A stretch of DNA of 63,887 nt, counting the filler, from Octopus bimaculoides (Eukaryota), in the NCBI RefSeq assembly GCF_001194135.2. It is 5 parts of 4 records of this genome, joined end to end, with 100 filler letters (N's around TTAATTAATTAA, not from the genome) between each part and the next. Parts side by side here need not be neighbours in the genome. Positions count along the whole stretch, not along the records: positions 12,319 to 31,025 come from NC_068981.1; positions 31,126 to 45,867 come from NC_068981.1; 3 more parts are not named here. One strand, 5' to 3'. This document shows, piece by piece, positions 24,191 through 38,524 of this stretch. Every line of letters begins with the position of its first letter. The stretch's first letter is position 1. The position numbers and the translations under genes are program-made. Under the pieces are notes generated by a model. It did no database searches, was not told the DNA's origin, and saw nothing but the letters and a program-made list of their open reading frames with translations.

Positions 24191-25779
24191 GTAAAAATAT
24201 TTATGTAGTAAAGAAAAAAACAGATGGTCAACTTCATTTGGCTTCTCAAAGAGAGGAACATAGAATAAATTATTTTGAGGTCCATAATATGGGTAACGCT
24301 TTAACATATAGGAAAAAACGGTGGACGGTGCACTTTGTGTTTGAGGGAAATGTTTGATGCACTAAATTGCTATTACAGCACAACTTACACACAATAGATT
24401 TTTGATTTCCCGGTCTCATTTAGTAATACATTCATCAGATTTCCGAACGAAAATCCCACCTAACTGAAGTCTCAAAAATGTAGGAGTTTCCATTCTGTAC
24501 CTAATGTACGCTGTTATATATTCTCTTATTTTCTTAATTTACCCGCCATATAATGCAAAATAGAATTCTTTCTTAAATTTCAGAGTTACATTATCTTCAT
24601 TTCTTTCGTTTCCGGCTACAGATCAAACCTTATAAAATTCTTTAAAACTTTTTGTTAAACAATCTTTAATATTTCAATTTAAATTCTTCACGTGTTTCGC
24701 AAAATATGATTTTGTTTAATATTTCACAGAATCGAATTTATTTTTAGTTTTACTTAACGGAATTCAATTCAACGGTTGTTAACCTGATATTTCTAAAACA
24801 GAAATGGCGCGACGAATTGTGAGGCAATATCTTCTTAAAAAAAAAAGATCTTAGAGTTTGACTAATTTATCAATCTATATTGATCCCAGCTCGGAATGTC
24901 ATTAAATAAAGACATTATACGTTGATTAAACTTCTTTAGCGTTCCTTCTCACAGATTTCTCTACACCAACGATTGATAATGTTTTGACCTCCCTGACCAT
25001 GCATTTGAATGTACATTACAACAAAGAAAATCTAATATGTTAATTACACTCTCTACAATCATATCCTAAGCAACCGACTTCGAAGCAGTGTTTTGGAATA
25101 TCTAACACAGCAACGTTTGAGCTCAGATGAGAAGAGTTTGCGACATGAGTTTTACAACATTTGTTCGATTAATTGACTATCAAAACGATCGATTTTGTGT
25201 ACAAAGCACTGCAAGTTGAAGGCACAATTTGACAAGCATTGCGAAATATATACCAACAACTAATCATATATAGCTCTTCACTCTCTTTCCTGTTGTACAC
25301 TATGATTTATGTACCACCATATCAGTTAGGGAATAACTTCGGGTCTACAGTCTATACAAGTCAGAAAATATGTGTAACTCAAATGGATTATTATACTCTT
25401 AAACAGTTATTCTATTAGTCAGGTTCATCATATGGAGTGCGTAATGTGTGTTCGCCTGAATTACTTTAACCCTTATTTTCATTCATTATTATATATGAAT
25501 GTAAGTATGTATATACCATACATAGTTATATATACATACAAGTACACATATACATCCATATGCACACCCTCACATATAGGTATATGTAAACACACACACA
25601 TATATGCAATTAACTATGCATTTTCACAAACACATATATGTGTGTGTGTCTATGTGTGTGTACGTGTGTGTATGTGTGTATGTGCGCATACCTACATGTA
25701 ATCGTGTAAATATACAACCATTTATGGAGGTGGTGATATCGTATACAAACACACACACACACCAACACACACACACACA

Positions 25780-26195
25780 TTCTTTTATTCATTTAATTGT
25801 TTCAGTCATCTGACTGAAGCAATGCTGGAGCACCGCCTATAAGGGCTTTAGTCGAAGAAATCGACCTCGGGACATATTTTTTTTGTAAGCCAAGTACTTA
25901 TTCTCTCAATCACTTTTGCCGAACAGCTAAGTTACGGGTACATAACTACACCAGCATAGACTGCCAAGCGATGGCCGGTAAAACAGACACACATACCCCT
26001 CCCCCAACACAGACACACAGACACACGCGCATATACACGACAGGTTTCTTTCAGTTTCCATCTATCAAATCCTCCCACAAGGCTTTGGTCCGTCCGAGGC
26101 TATAGTAGAAGACAGTTGCGCGACGTGCCACGCAGTGGAACTGAATCGGGAACCATGTGGTTGGCACGGAAGATTCTTACTACACAGCCATGCCT
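25780..26195 (-). mobile_element. tRNA-derived CORE-like SINE, near full length
   Basis: Reverse complement of the family seen at 4024, 6925 and 55325, with an internal (CA)-rich tract. Confidence 0.85.
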
Positions 26196-26932
26196 GAGCC
26201 TATGTATATACAAATATGTAAATATTTATAATTGCAAACTCACACACATATGTGTGTATGCTTGTGGGTGTGTACAAATATACATATACTCACACATGCA
26301 AGGGTGAAATTGGTTTTATGATGATTTAATTGTTTACCTGATGGTATATGTTTTCAGTGTGATACATTTCCAATTATATCACGATAAATTAATAAAAATG
26401 TAAATGAAGAAATTTCACGATATTATTTTGAATTCCGATAACTCTTAACTTTCATTTGCTTCTTTTACTTCTCTTTTCTATTTTTATTTTCTTTATCCTC
26501 TTCCTCAATTTGTTTCTTACTTTTCCCTTTAATCATGCTTTCTCTTCTTCACCACATTCTTTTAGATCTCATTTCCATTGTAATACAGAATTTATTTTCA
26601 TATATCAGATATGGGAAACAAGCAAGAGATCAGCGTTAACAATCATAAATAACAAAAAAGTATACCCTCACATAAAAACACGAGTACATGCACGTATATA
26701 GGTACATCTTTATGCATATATGCATAGATACACGCCCATGTACGTTTTGGTTTGCTAGGACGTCATTGGACGATGGATTAGCTGGTCGAAACTTAGAACT
26801 GACTCTCAATAATATTCTTGCTTACAAATGTTAAAATAGATTAAAAATAACTTTTTACTTTAGAGAAATACGGAGTACCACATCAAATTTAAGTAAAAAT
26901 GTTTTTATTAGAGCACAATATAAACACGAACA

Positions 26933-26980
<48 letters not shown>

Positions 26981-27544
26981 CGTGTGCGCGAGTTTCTTTA
27001 TGTGTGGCTGTGACTATACCTACTTATAAATTACATTTGCGTGTATTTAAAAAATACGGTCGGCTATGGTGGAGAACTTGAATTATATATTATTTTTATT
27101 CACAGAATTACCACAAAGCTATTTGCTGTTACTACCTGACTTGCAATCTATTCCAGAAAATGTATTAATATCTCTGGGATTATAGAGAAAATATTAATGG
27201 TATACAATAATGTCAGTTGCAAATGGTACCTGTTAAGCACACCCGTGTACAAACGCAAACATAGAAATACGAATGCTCACACACATACTGGCTCTCACAT
27301 TTTCATACACATGCATAAGCACACACACATATTGTAGATCAGAAGAAAAATACCGAATTGTTGTTATCATATAGCTTATACATACACACACACATACATA
27401 CATACATACATACATACATACATACACAAAGTGTTGGGGTTAAATTTGATAGTTTGCATTAAATGAAAATAAAACAATATCCCATCCAAAAATGAAAGCG
27501 TTTTAAAATATCAAAATATCAACTACTACACTACGGCTGGGAGA

Positions 27545-28210
27545 TAATAGTTATCTGAATGTAGACACAACCAGCTATCACCAGGGTCACAAAATGGTTC
27601 CAGAATATGGCGCATGCCATCTGCACTGTGTCCCTGGGAAAACCTTCAAACACCTTGATATTGGCCGCACCATGATCTCACACCACACAGCATGATCCGT
27701 GGGAATACAATCGGGAGATTTAGGAGGCTAGAAATTTGGATTGGAAAAGTAGTAATTCTCTGACAACCACTTCTGACTCTTTCCAGACGTAAGACTCAAA
27801 TCATGCTGTCACAATTGTGGCCTTCCAGCAGCAACGTTCTGCGACGTTCTCTAGCTAGGGTTTGAATACAGACTTCAGCAGTTTCAAATAGCCGTCTGAA
27901 CTGATCCTAATGCCCTGTTCAAGGGGCGGTACACAACGGGGGGCACGACATCACCCTCGCTGGAGACACAATGGCCTCAATTTCGAGGAGGGGGTTCGTG
28001 GATTACATGCTACATGGACTTCATATGGGTTGGAGGCAAGTCATCTGTTGTTCAGGGTGTGGTGCATAAAAAAGTATCATCTCCGGATCAACAGGATCTT
28101 CAGCTTGTCCGGGTGCTTCTTTGCCTTTGTCAGCAATCCTCTCCATGGTCTTGCCCATTGGACTTTGTCCCTTGCATCTTTCGGACGAGTTAAGGTCATC
28201 ATTGAGTGCG
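27545..28210 (-). mobile_element. Tc1/mariner transposase fragment (DD37D/maT-like), pseudogenised
   Basis: Minus-strand pieces include SSEGDVVPP, FEQGIRISSDGYLKLLKSVFKP, TSGKSQKWLSENY, SPDCIPTDHAVW (WPPNSPDLNPLD motif) and MACAIFW..AGCVYIQ. No TIRs were found. Confidence 0.75.
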
Positions 28211-28239
28211 CGCAAACACACACACACACACACACACAA

Positions 28240-28277
<38 letters not shown>

Positions 28278-28409
28278 ACACACACACACATACACGCGCG
28301 CGCACACGCACACACACACACACACGCACACATATTGAATTGGTAACCTTGTTAGTCTGCAAATGCAGAATATTCATCCTCCAAATGCGATGATAAACTT
28401 TCATTCTCA

Positions 28410-28830
28410 ATATTCGATATTATCATTCTATCTCTGCTAGTATCTGTATGCATTTCTATAGTCAAACCATACTGTCACAAGGGTTCTACGTTGTATTCTT
28501 ACTTCAGTCAGTACAGCTTTGTTTATTAAAAGCTGTTCGGCACACTCCCACACTCCCTTCCTTCCACCAGCCTGTTCATCAGTCACAATGTTGTTCGACT
28601 CACATTGGTCCCGGAGGAATTGTTTGAGGTAACTTGTGTACAGAGTGTACATAATATTTAGGCAAACAATGGACCTGTAGTTTTCTGCATCTCGCTGGTT
28701 TCATTTTTAGCAACACGTTTTGTCCTTGTAGCAAGCCAATTTGGTATATCAGTCTGATATTCCATAGTCCCTTTGAACATCCATATCAATTGGTTTCTAT
28801 AGAATGCTAGCTTCTTGCATCATTATCCAT
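28410..28830 (-). mobile_element. R4/Dong/NeSL-like LINE RT fragment
   Basis: ENYRSIVCLNIMYTLYTS..EQAGGRKGVWECAEQLLINKAV..VWFDYRNAY covers RT domains 1-3. Confidence 0.85.
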
Positions 28831-28867
28831 ATATGTATGTATGTATGTATGCATATATAGAGAGAGA

Positions 28868-28919
<52 letters not shown>

Positions 28920-29522
28920 CAATCACAAACATATATACAAATATACATCGAGAGGGAAGTAGATAGATAGATATACGCAAGCGTATGCATAAATATGATT
29001 AACCTTTATATGCATAAACATACACATACAAACACACATATATACACAAACGCATGCATGCACACACACACGCAGACGTATATTTAGGGACAGAAAGGAG
29101 GACATAGTCAACAATATGGATGAAGTGAAGCACCTGTGAGCTGTGTTGCAACATTGAAGCATATATACAAAATATACACTAAAGAAATTCACATGATTAT
29201 TTGAGTTTCAAAATTGCGATTAACTAAAGATTTCTATGAAATTGCTAAATTTGAGTGCGCTAAAAATTTGATAATTATCCAAAACTAAAAGCGACAAGAA
29301 ACGTAGATGTTTGGGAAAATACAGATGCTGCAAACGGGATTTAGTTGGAGGCTTTCATCTCACTATATTATATATATATATATATNNNNNNNNNNNNNNN
29401 NNNNNNNNNNNNNNNNNNNNNNNNNNNNNNNNNNNNNNNNNNNNNNNNNNNNNNNNNNNNNNNNNNNNNNNNNNNNNNNNNNNNNNNNNNNNNNNNNNNN
29501 NNNNNNNNNNNNNNNNNNNNNN

Positions 29523-29558
<36 letters not shown>

Positions 29559-30988
29559 TTTTGCAAACAACTTGTACATGCAAGTGCTACCAGTCGGGAA
29601 CACCGCATACCGGAAGCCGTCAAGTATATGGGGTCATCAGCAGAGAATGCGCGCCGTTTCGGGGCCTACCTCTTGACGGCATCAATGGGCACCCCTCACT
29701 AATATGAGACCCCGCTTGCTAGATCAGCTGGTTATCAGATAAAGCTCAATATTTCTCTAGCCATCGCTCATCGTCTCTTTTTAACCAAATCCAGTGGCTA
29801 GCCTTCTCCACTGTAGTATGAATATCAGTCACGGTGGTATTTACCTTACGATGAGTTAGGCCAAAACGATAACATATGACACATATATGAAGGTTTCATA
29901 CACAGACCATACACACAAACAAAAGCAAACACTCATGCGCCTGTGCATGTGTGTATACATATCTGTGTGTTTGCATGTGTTTGTGTGTGTGTGTGTGTGG
30001 TATGTGTGTGGTTGTGTGCGTGTGTGTGTGTGTGTGTGTGTGCATAGATACATTTGTATATGCATATGTAACTGAAGCTTTTTCAGAAGAAACTCCGTGT
30101 GCCTATTATGTAACATTGTTGTTTCGACGCCCCCAAGCGAAGAAGTAGGATCGCCTAAGTCATATAAATAGAGGTAGTTTGACCGTGCTAGAGAGTTGAG
30201 TAACTGTTGAGTAGCAGTCGACTAGCTGTCGAGTAGAGATCATCCGAAGGTGCTAGATAGCAGTAGCTTGAGACATAACAAACATTATGAATGCTTCATA
30301 GCCATCCGTTGTTCTTTACCACTAAGTACATGCAACCATTAATTTGAAAATTATTTGTTGCAATGAATAATGCTAAAACGAAAACGGTTAGGAGGAAGAT
30401 GTGCACTGTTAAGTATTTAGAAGGGGAGTGCAAAGCGGAATTGGTAAATAGCCAATGGCTTGTCTTACTCATAAATTCACTTAGCGAGATAGAGAGGGGT
30501 GTGTTTCCATTTCGTTAGCTGCATTCTCAAATGTATGGTGTGGCCAAAGGAAATGCAGATCTGATTATGTTCCATTTGGCGTCAACGAGCTGACACCAGC
30601 GCACAAAATGAAACGAGAAAGAAATATGGGATTTTTTATATTTAGGAAAGTAATGTGAGTAATAAAAGTTATTAGCGGGAAATGAGAAGAATGGAAAATA
30701 AAGGGAAAAAATAAATGACCAAAATAAAATGACGCTCGTAAGTTATATGCATAAACACACACATACATACAATCGTCAATACGAAACGTAAAAATACACC
30801 GAATAACCGTATATACATATCATTATAAACACATAAATATTTGAAAACAAATATACTTACAAATACATACACATATACATACACACACGCACACGCACAT
30901 ACACACACATACATAGCGTCATACTAATACATCCTTTTGTTATTTACACCACCTGTCCTCGTCTGTTGTTGTTTTTTCGAACATTCTC

Positions 30989-31025
<37 letters not shown>

Positions 31026-32942
31026 NNNNNNNNNNNNNNNNNNNNNNNNNNNNNNNNNNNNNNNNNNNNTTAATTAATTAANNNNNNNNNNNNNNNNNNN
31101 NNNNNNNNNNNNNNNNNNNNNNNNNCAAATTGAAAGGGATATGTTTCTTTTCACATTCATTTTTATCACTTTTTTTAAAAACGCTTTACTTGTCCAATGG
31201 CCATTGTAGAAATACTTGAAAACTATGTGTCTCCCGTTCAACTTTGAGCACTGCACATTTGCAATCTACAGTCAAGCATCATTTGGTTCTACAGAAATCA
31301 AGACAAGACACTCTCGAGTGATGAATTAGTAAAAAATTAGAAATCTCCGTTAATTTCCGAGTGTTAATAATATAAATCATGTCAATACATTTATTTCTGT
31401 GACATTTTCACCATTATTATCACGTTGATCGCCGGCATTAATCTTGAGTCGGTGGTAAAAACAGTTATTTATTTGAGTTCATTTATTTGTTTTCTTCATT
31501 TATTTGTTTTTTCTTTAATCAAAATAATTAATCAATTCAGAAAAAAGAAATTAAAAACTGCTTTTCAAATTAATAATGCAGTTATAAAATAACGATATGC
31601 GAATTTGTTATAAAACCACGCATTTTGCTGGAGGTGTGTAGTTGATTAAATCGACTAATGAAAAGATCCTGGAAGTAAAAATGGAAAGCTGAGAACAGAG
31701 AAATTTCAATTCAGAATTTAATATGAAATAACAATGCATTGAAATTTATATTCTACAGTGTCGAACCAATGCCCTACCAAAAATATTTACATTTTATCTT
31801 ACTAGTGCCAGTCCCTGATAAGCTTCCATCAATTGAGTACCTCTTCTAGTCAATCACATCAAACCCTGAAAGCATTGCTATCTATCTATCTATCTATATA
31901 TATATATATCGAAACAAAAGTTCGTTGAAAGTGACCAAGCTAAAGTTATATATCCTTCTATATGCCCCAATACACATAAATACAGTATACATTGAAGCAC
32001 ATTAGAGGTATCCGTCATAGGTTTCCTTGCACGCTAGAATGAACAACTAATATCCAAACAACTATTTAGAGATACACTTGGAAGTTAATCCCTAAATAGT
32101 GGTTTGGATTTTAGCTGTTCTTTCTAGAATGCAATGAATCCTCTGACGGATGCCACTTACGTGTTTAAATGTACACTGTATTTATATAAATAATATATAG
32201 TCTATTGACTAATCATTTTACACACTAGGCCACTGGTAGAAATTTCTAATATTTCCTATTACCCTGATATTATTAATTATCTCAATACATAAATAGCAAT
32301 GAATAAATATTCAACTAAATATTTGTATAGATATTATTAGTAATATTATTATTATTATTATTATTNNNNNNNNNNNNNNNNNNNNNNNNNNNNNNNNNNN
32401 NNNNNNNNNNNNNNNNNNNNNNNNNNNNNNNNNNNNNNNNNNNNNNNNNNNNNNNNNNNNNNNNNNNNNNNNNNNNNNNNNNNNNNNNNNNNNNNNNNNN
32501 NNNNNNNNNNNNNNNNNNNNNNNNNNNNNNNNNNNNNNNNNNNNNNNNNNNNNNNNNNNNNNNNNNNNNNNNNNNNNNNNNNNNNNNNNNNNNNNNNNNN
32601 NNNNNNNNNNNNNNNNNNNNNNNNNNNNNNNNNNNNNNNNNNNNNNNNNNNNNNNNNNNNNNNNNNNNNNNNNNNNNNNNNNNNNNNNNNNNNNNNNNNN
32701 NNNNNNNNNNNNNNNNNNNNNNNNNNNNNNNNNNNNNNNNNNNNNNNNNNNNNNNNNNNNNNNNNNNNNNNNNNNNNNNNNNNNNNNNNNNNNNNNNNNN
32801 NNNNNNNNNNNNNNNNNNNNNNNNNNNNNNNNNNNNNNNNNNNNNNNNTATATATATATATAAATATATATATATATAGAGAGAGAGAGAGACAGATAGA
32901 GAGAATGAGATAGATAGATAGATAGATAGCTAGCTAGCTAGC

Positions 32943-32996
<54 letters not shown>

Positions 32997-33149
32997 TGTA
33001 TGTATAAATATATAAGTAAGATATAAGTTAGAGATTATGCAACCGTTTAAAGTATATACGTGTCCGTAGGCACTCCTGGTGTATAACCTCAGCAAGTATA
33101 GTCCTCGTTAAAAGGTACACGGTAGTAGGTAATTTAAAGGTAAAACTGT

Positions 33150-33570
33150 GGTTTAATATATAGATAGACGAAAAGAAATGGAACAATAATTAACAATGAC
33201 ATGTGGATCATTGGTGTTTTAAGGTCATTCTCTAATTGAATTAGGATTATGTCTAAAGCTGTTTCTTTTTATTAAAATTGGGGTAAATCCATATTTACCA
33301 CGTTAGATTTAATAAACATCTTCAGGACGATTATAGAGAATGCATATGTACACTCTATATCATACACACTTTTGTAACATCCTCAGTCTATACTAGTGCT
33401 ACCATGGTAATTACATGGACTAACTTAGAAGACGCAAATTAACATTACTTATGTCCAATAACAACAACGGATAGCTCCACCAGGTATACGTATTTCGGCC
33501 ATACACCGCCGGTCAATTAGCCACTGTCCCCATTTAACACTATAGCCATCGAATTTTGGAATCTACTGAC
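33150..33570 (-). mobile_element. Possible ancient Penelope-type RT fragment
   Basis: Frameshifted resemblance to GAEICELVGLYLL and FLDVTLNL. Very degenerate. Confidence 0.3.
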
Positions 33571-33651
33571 ATGTGGAAATTTTCTTCGACTAAAAGGCGG
33601 TGCCCCAGCATGGCCGCAGTAAAATGATTGAATGAAATAAAAGAATAAATG

Positions 33652-33686
<35 letters not shown>

Positions 33687-35249
33687 GAAGGTTTAGAGGT
33701 GATGTACAGGAATTATATATTACAAAAAATAATAAAGTACTCAGATATCTGGATGGTTGTACATTTACAGATTTTTATTTATATGTCACATGTTTTTATA
33801 AATAATAGCGCTTGCATCTATTCTTGTAGAATCTCCAGATATGATTTTACTTCAAAGGATTTCTCGCTTTTTAAAGTATTATTGAATGTGTAGGAGTAGG
33901 GGGAGAGATATAGGAGAGTAAAAGGGGGTGAGGAATGGGTGAACAAGTGAGAGCATGTGTGTGTTTTTGTGTTGATGTGCGTGTGAGTGTGTGCGTGTGT
34001 GTGTGTGTGCCTGTTTATCTGAAAGGAGTGTCAATGGGAAAGAGAAAGAAAAGTCAAAGAAGAAAGAAGAAAATTGTATTTACACCTGGTCAATTCTTTC
34101 AATGACAAGTTTATTCTTCGCCTTTAAAAATGGCAAAACCAGGTGGCTACTTAAGGTGAGGCATTGTTTGGAAGAGAGTTGTTTTTCAAAAAGTTGCCAT
34201 CATTGTCCAGTGAGAGAGAGTGTTGGTGTGATTTTGTGTGTGTTTGTGTGTTCGTGTGTGTGCGCGCGCGTGTACGTTCCTGTGTATCTGAAAGGAGTGT
34301 CAATGGAAAAGAGAAGGACAGAAAGAAGGAAGAAAGTAAAATGAAAGAATTGTGCTTACATCTATACAGCTGGTTAGTTAAAAAACTGAAGGAGACAAAT
34401 ATGAAAACCAAGTTAACCAGATTCAATTCTAGATGGCACAAAAATGTCCCACTATCTAGTTTTCTTACCATTTTTAGGCTCTGCTGTTCCAAAGTTGAAT
34501 AACGATTAAGAATAATGAAATATTGTGATGAAGTATGTGAAACAATGAAAATTGTTGGTGAAATATAAAAAAAATTACAGTTTACTTTACAAATTTGGTC
34601 CTTCATCCAGTACTAATCATTCCAGAAATAGTGATATTTCACCCATCACGGCTATATATATACACACATACACACACATACAGACATACATACGCATATA
34701 ATATACATACATACATATATATATACATTTTTTTTTTTAGTTTCAGCTCAGAGCTGCGGCCATGCTGTATATACACTTCAATAACAATTTTCATTCTTTC
34801 ACATATTTCACTACCTTTGTATTTTCATAACTTTACATATACTTTCTCTATTTTTGTAATCATATTTATTTGTATTTTTATTTCATAACTGATTTGATCT
34901 TAAAAGTGATATATTTATCTAATATTAATTTACTTAATTTACACAGATCAGATTTATTGTAGCATATTAGTTTAATTTTGTATCGTTTAAAAAACTTTCT
35001 TTATGATCCTTAATTGTTCTACGGGGTCTGGAATGTGCAAAAGGTTCTGTTTTCTCAATTATGTTGTAGTTGGTCATAATGTTCTTGGCTGGTAAGTTCA
35101 AAGATCTTAAGGTGCTATTGGGTTCTATTTTGTTTTTGTTTTTTTGTATTTTTTTCATGCAGCAACTGGTGATATAAATCAATATCAGAAATATATGACT
35201 TCCTGATTTTATCTGAGTGTACACCTATTTCCATTTACAGAATAAAAAT

Positions 35250-35875
35250 AACTATGAGTCCCTGCAGATAGTCATAGAGGATTACTATTCATCTATTAAC
35301 ACTACGATCCTATACAGCACTCTTATTTTCGCCTAATATCATGCTGAACTAACAATGATTGAAATCAAGGTAATCTTAGACGCGAGAAAATTCATAATAG
35401 CCTTCGATAACTGAATATGGGTGAGGTAAGATACCCCGAAAATTAGAGTAGCCCAAAACTTAGCTAGCAACCTAGCTACTGTCATAGCTTCTATCAACAA
35501 TAAAACGTTAGATGCCTTCTATGAAACCGGGAAGAATAGCAACATAAAGCTCAACAAACAACCGACAAATGTAATAAAGCACATCTCTAATAACTCGCCC
35601 TCAAATAATGCGGACAACTACCTTATAATTAATAACCCTCCTCAACATATCATAGGCACAGACAAGCTTAATAATCTATGTGGCTACAGATATGAAAAAC
35701 AATTATGAATTCTCAAATATATGTAAACCTAAAAACGTAATCTACCAATGCGATGTACTCGTAAATAAATACAAGGAGAGTTATATTTGAGCAACTAAAA
35801 ATGAAATGATATTTATATATAACTCCCATCTCTCTAGTTTCAGAAATAGCAGTAAAGCGAACCCTACCGTTGAAA
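35250..35875 (+). mobile_element. Ancient Penelope (Poseidon-like) remnant: RT piece and GIY-YIG
   Basis: IEDYYSSI..LIFA..VILDARKFII..W corresponds to the DFYPSI...ARKSLLF region. CKPKNVIYQCDV..SYI*AT..YNSHLSSFRN corresponds to GIY-YIG. It is internally deleted. Confidence 0.6.
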
Positions 35876-36599
35876 TCACTAGTATGTATTCATTGTTTAT
35901 ACTGTGTTTAATTGATAACAGTTAAATTGTATATTTTTTTCTTCTTGATTACAGAACTGAACAGGATCACCATTATCATGAACTTCTAGCTATCATTTTG
36001 GTTTCTGTATTCATTTTGGGTATTTTAACGTGTTTCTCTGGAAATACAAATATGTGGAAATTTTTGACAGGGCACAGGAGGGAGTTAAATATACATTGGA
36101 ACCTAACTTTTTCTTCTGTGTTTCATGTGTAATACCTCACCATTCTTTCCGCTCTCAACAATAACGTTAATGCCGACACAGTAGATCAAGCTAAAAGAAA
36201 CAAAAGTAAACATCAACAACAAAATCAACTAAAGCAATAGCAGTAACAACAATGTTAAAAAAGGAATAGGCGTTGACAGTGATACTAACACAATCGCCAT
36301 AACTAACACTACTCTAAAACATAGCAGAAATCGAAATAGCAATAACAATGGCGACGACGACGACAAAAGTGCAGTGAGAATCACCATAGCAACAACATGA
36401 ATCGTAACAACAATGACTTCTGTCATAACAACATTGATAAAGGAAAAGTAAATTAGAAAATTAACTGTTGCACCCACGCTGTGCCAATACAACCGACGTA
36501 GCCAGTACGAATACCACTGCCGCCAATAACACTTCCAGTAAACTAATTAATGACACTTTCTGTGATGCGATGATGTGGTTACAATTCAAGAACCAAATT

Positions 36600-37410
36600 A
36601 TCTACAACATTAAGTATTGTGAAAAGGATACTTCGACAGAATCAGGACTGCTACTGGAGTTTGAAAATGCCCTTAGGGGAGCTTCTGGCATAAAGCAACT
36701 AAGCTAGCGTATCAATTAAGTGCATGTGACGGAGGCGTTCCTCATCAAACAATAGTATCTATCCCTGGAGAGGACTATTAGAGTTCATAATATTTAGTAA
36801 AGAAATTTTAATAGTAAATTCTAGATAGGATATTACAAGATACTTACGAAATTGAAGGACGAAGTCGAAGACCATTAGGTGCACCCTGGCGGCAAACAAA
36901 CAATGCTGCAACTCGGTCACAATACTGTCTGAATGATCGGAACGTACGCATGCTACTCAGTTTTAAGCGTGTATGTGTAGCTTTTTAGAGGCAATTAGCA
37001 TGTCAGTTTATTGGCGTTCCGAGACTAGCTGGTGGACATTATTGACTACCTACAAAAATGGCTCTCAATTGGGGATACAGTGTTTTAGGAAAAACCGATG
37101 ACAGCGGAAGAAATAGAGTAAAAGTTAACAGTCGGTACAACGGAGAAATCGCTGAAGCCAGATGGTTTGCCAAGCGTCATTTACCACATATTAGCTCGGG
37201 AGTATCATGGCATTTGTATCCTGTAACTGGAAACGGAGAATGGAAATTACTAGTTTTGTGAGGAATAATGCGTGGTGATGCTGCTGAGAACTATGGAACA
37301 CGAACAAAGGGGATGGTTTTAATCCCTTTATGCTCCAAATTACCGTAAATACACAATTTAAGATTTCAGCCAACGAGTTAGCTAAGGGGCTGGCCTTCGC
37401 GTCCATGCTC
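36600..37410 (+). mobile_element. Old Tx1/L1-type LINE fragment (EN-RT linker and RT start)
   Basis: MTAEEIE..KSLKPDGLPSVIYHIL and NYR..NTQFKISANELAKGL. The linker resembles 13900-14100. The left boundary is uncertain. Confidence 0.6.
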
Positions 37411-37539
37411 TGTAAGAATTTCTTTAAGTTTGAACGATCTTAATTCAAACTCTCTTCAGTGTCGATAAAATTAGATGCAAGTCCATTAAAACAAATTGCA
37501 AGCCTTGAGCATAAATTTTAATCGATTAATATTATTACT

Positions 37540-37572
37540 AATATTATTATTATTATGATTATGATTATTATG

Positions 37573-37614
<42 letters not shown>

Positions 37615-38524
37615 GTTCAGTAGTTTTATTTTTATAACGTGCTTTCACTTCACTACCGAGCGCAGCTCTGTGCGCCTTGGGTATGTGCTGTGGTTTGCTG
37701 TGGTGCTTTTATGTTTACTGTATTGAAAGTGTTTTGCGTAGAATGTGTGCAGTACCCAGTAGTGCAATTTTCTGTATGTTACATATATTTGTAAGTCCTG
37801 GTATTTTTGTTATGTATTNNNNNNNNNNNNNNNNNNNNNNNNNNNNNNNNNNNNNNNNNNNNNNNNNNNNNNNNNNNNNNNNNNNNNNNNNNNNNNNNNN
37901 NNNNNNNNNNNNNNNNNNNNNNNNNNNNNNNNNNNNNNNNNNNNNNNNNNNNNNNNNNNNNNNNNNNNNNNNNNNNNNNNNNNNNNNNNNNNNNNNNNNN
38001 NNNNNNNNNNNNNNNNNNNNNNNNNNNNNNNNNNNNNNNNNNNNNNNNNNNNNNNNNNNNNNNNNNNNNNNNNNNNNNNNNNNNNNNNNNNNNNNNNNNN
38101 NNNNNNNNNNNNNNNNNNNNNNNNNNNNNNNNNNNNNNNNNNNNNNNNNNNNNNNNNNNNNNNNNNNNNNNNNNNNNNNNNNNNNNNNNNNNNNNNNNNN
38201 NNNNNNNNNNNNNNNNNNNNNNNNNNNNNNNNNNNNNNNNNNNNNNNNNNNNNNNNNNNNNNNNNNNNNNNNNNNNNNNNNNNNNNNNNNNNNNNNNNNN
38301 NNNNNNNNNNNNNNNNNNNNNNNNNNNNNNNNNNNNNNNNNNNNNNNNNNNNNNCTCTGTCGTGTCTGTGAATATATTCCTTCTTAGCCAGGACTGGGCA
38401 GCCAGAGATAATATGATTTATTGTTTCTTGTCCATCTCCACATATTCTACAGTTACTTGTTATATTTCTTTTCATTATGTGTTTTTGGTAATTTCTGGTG
38501 TTTTTGGTATTATTATTATTATTA

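Noticed and set aside
30105-30285. Possible solo LTR (tgtaac..tataaata..cataaca)
   Set aside because: It is very short, and I found no matching target-site duplication, PBS or PPT.
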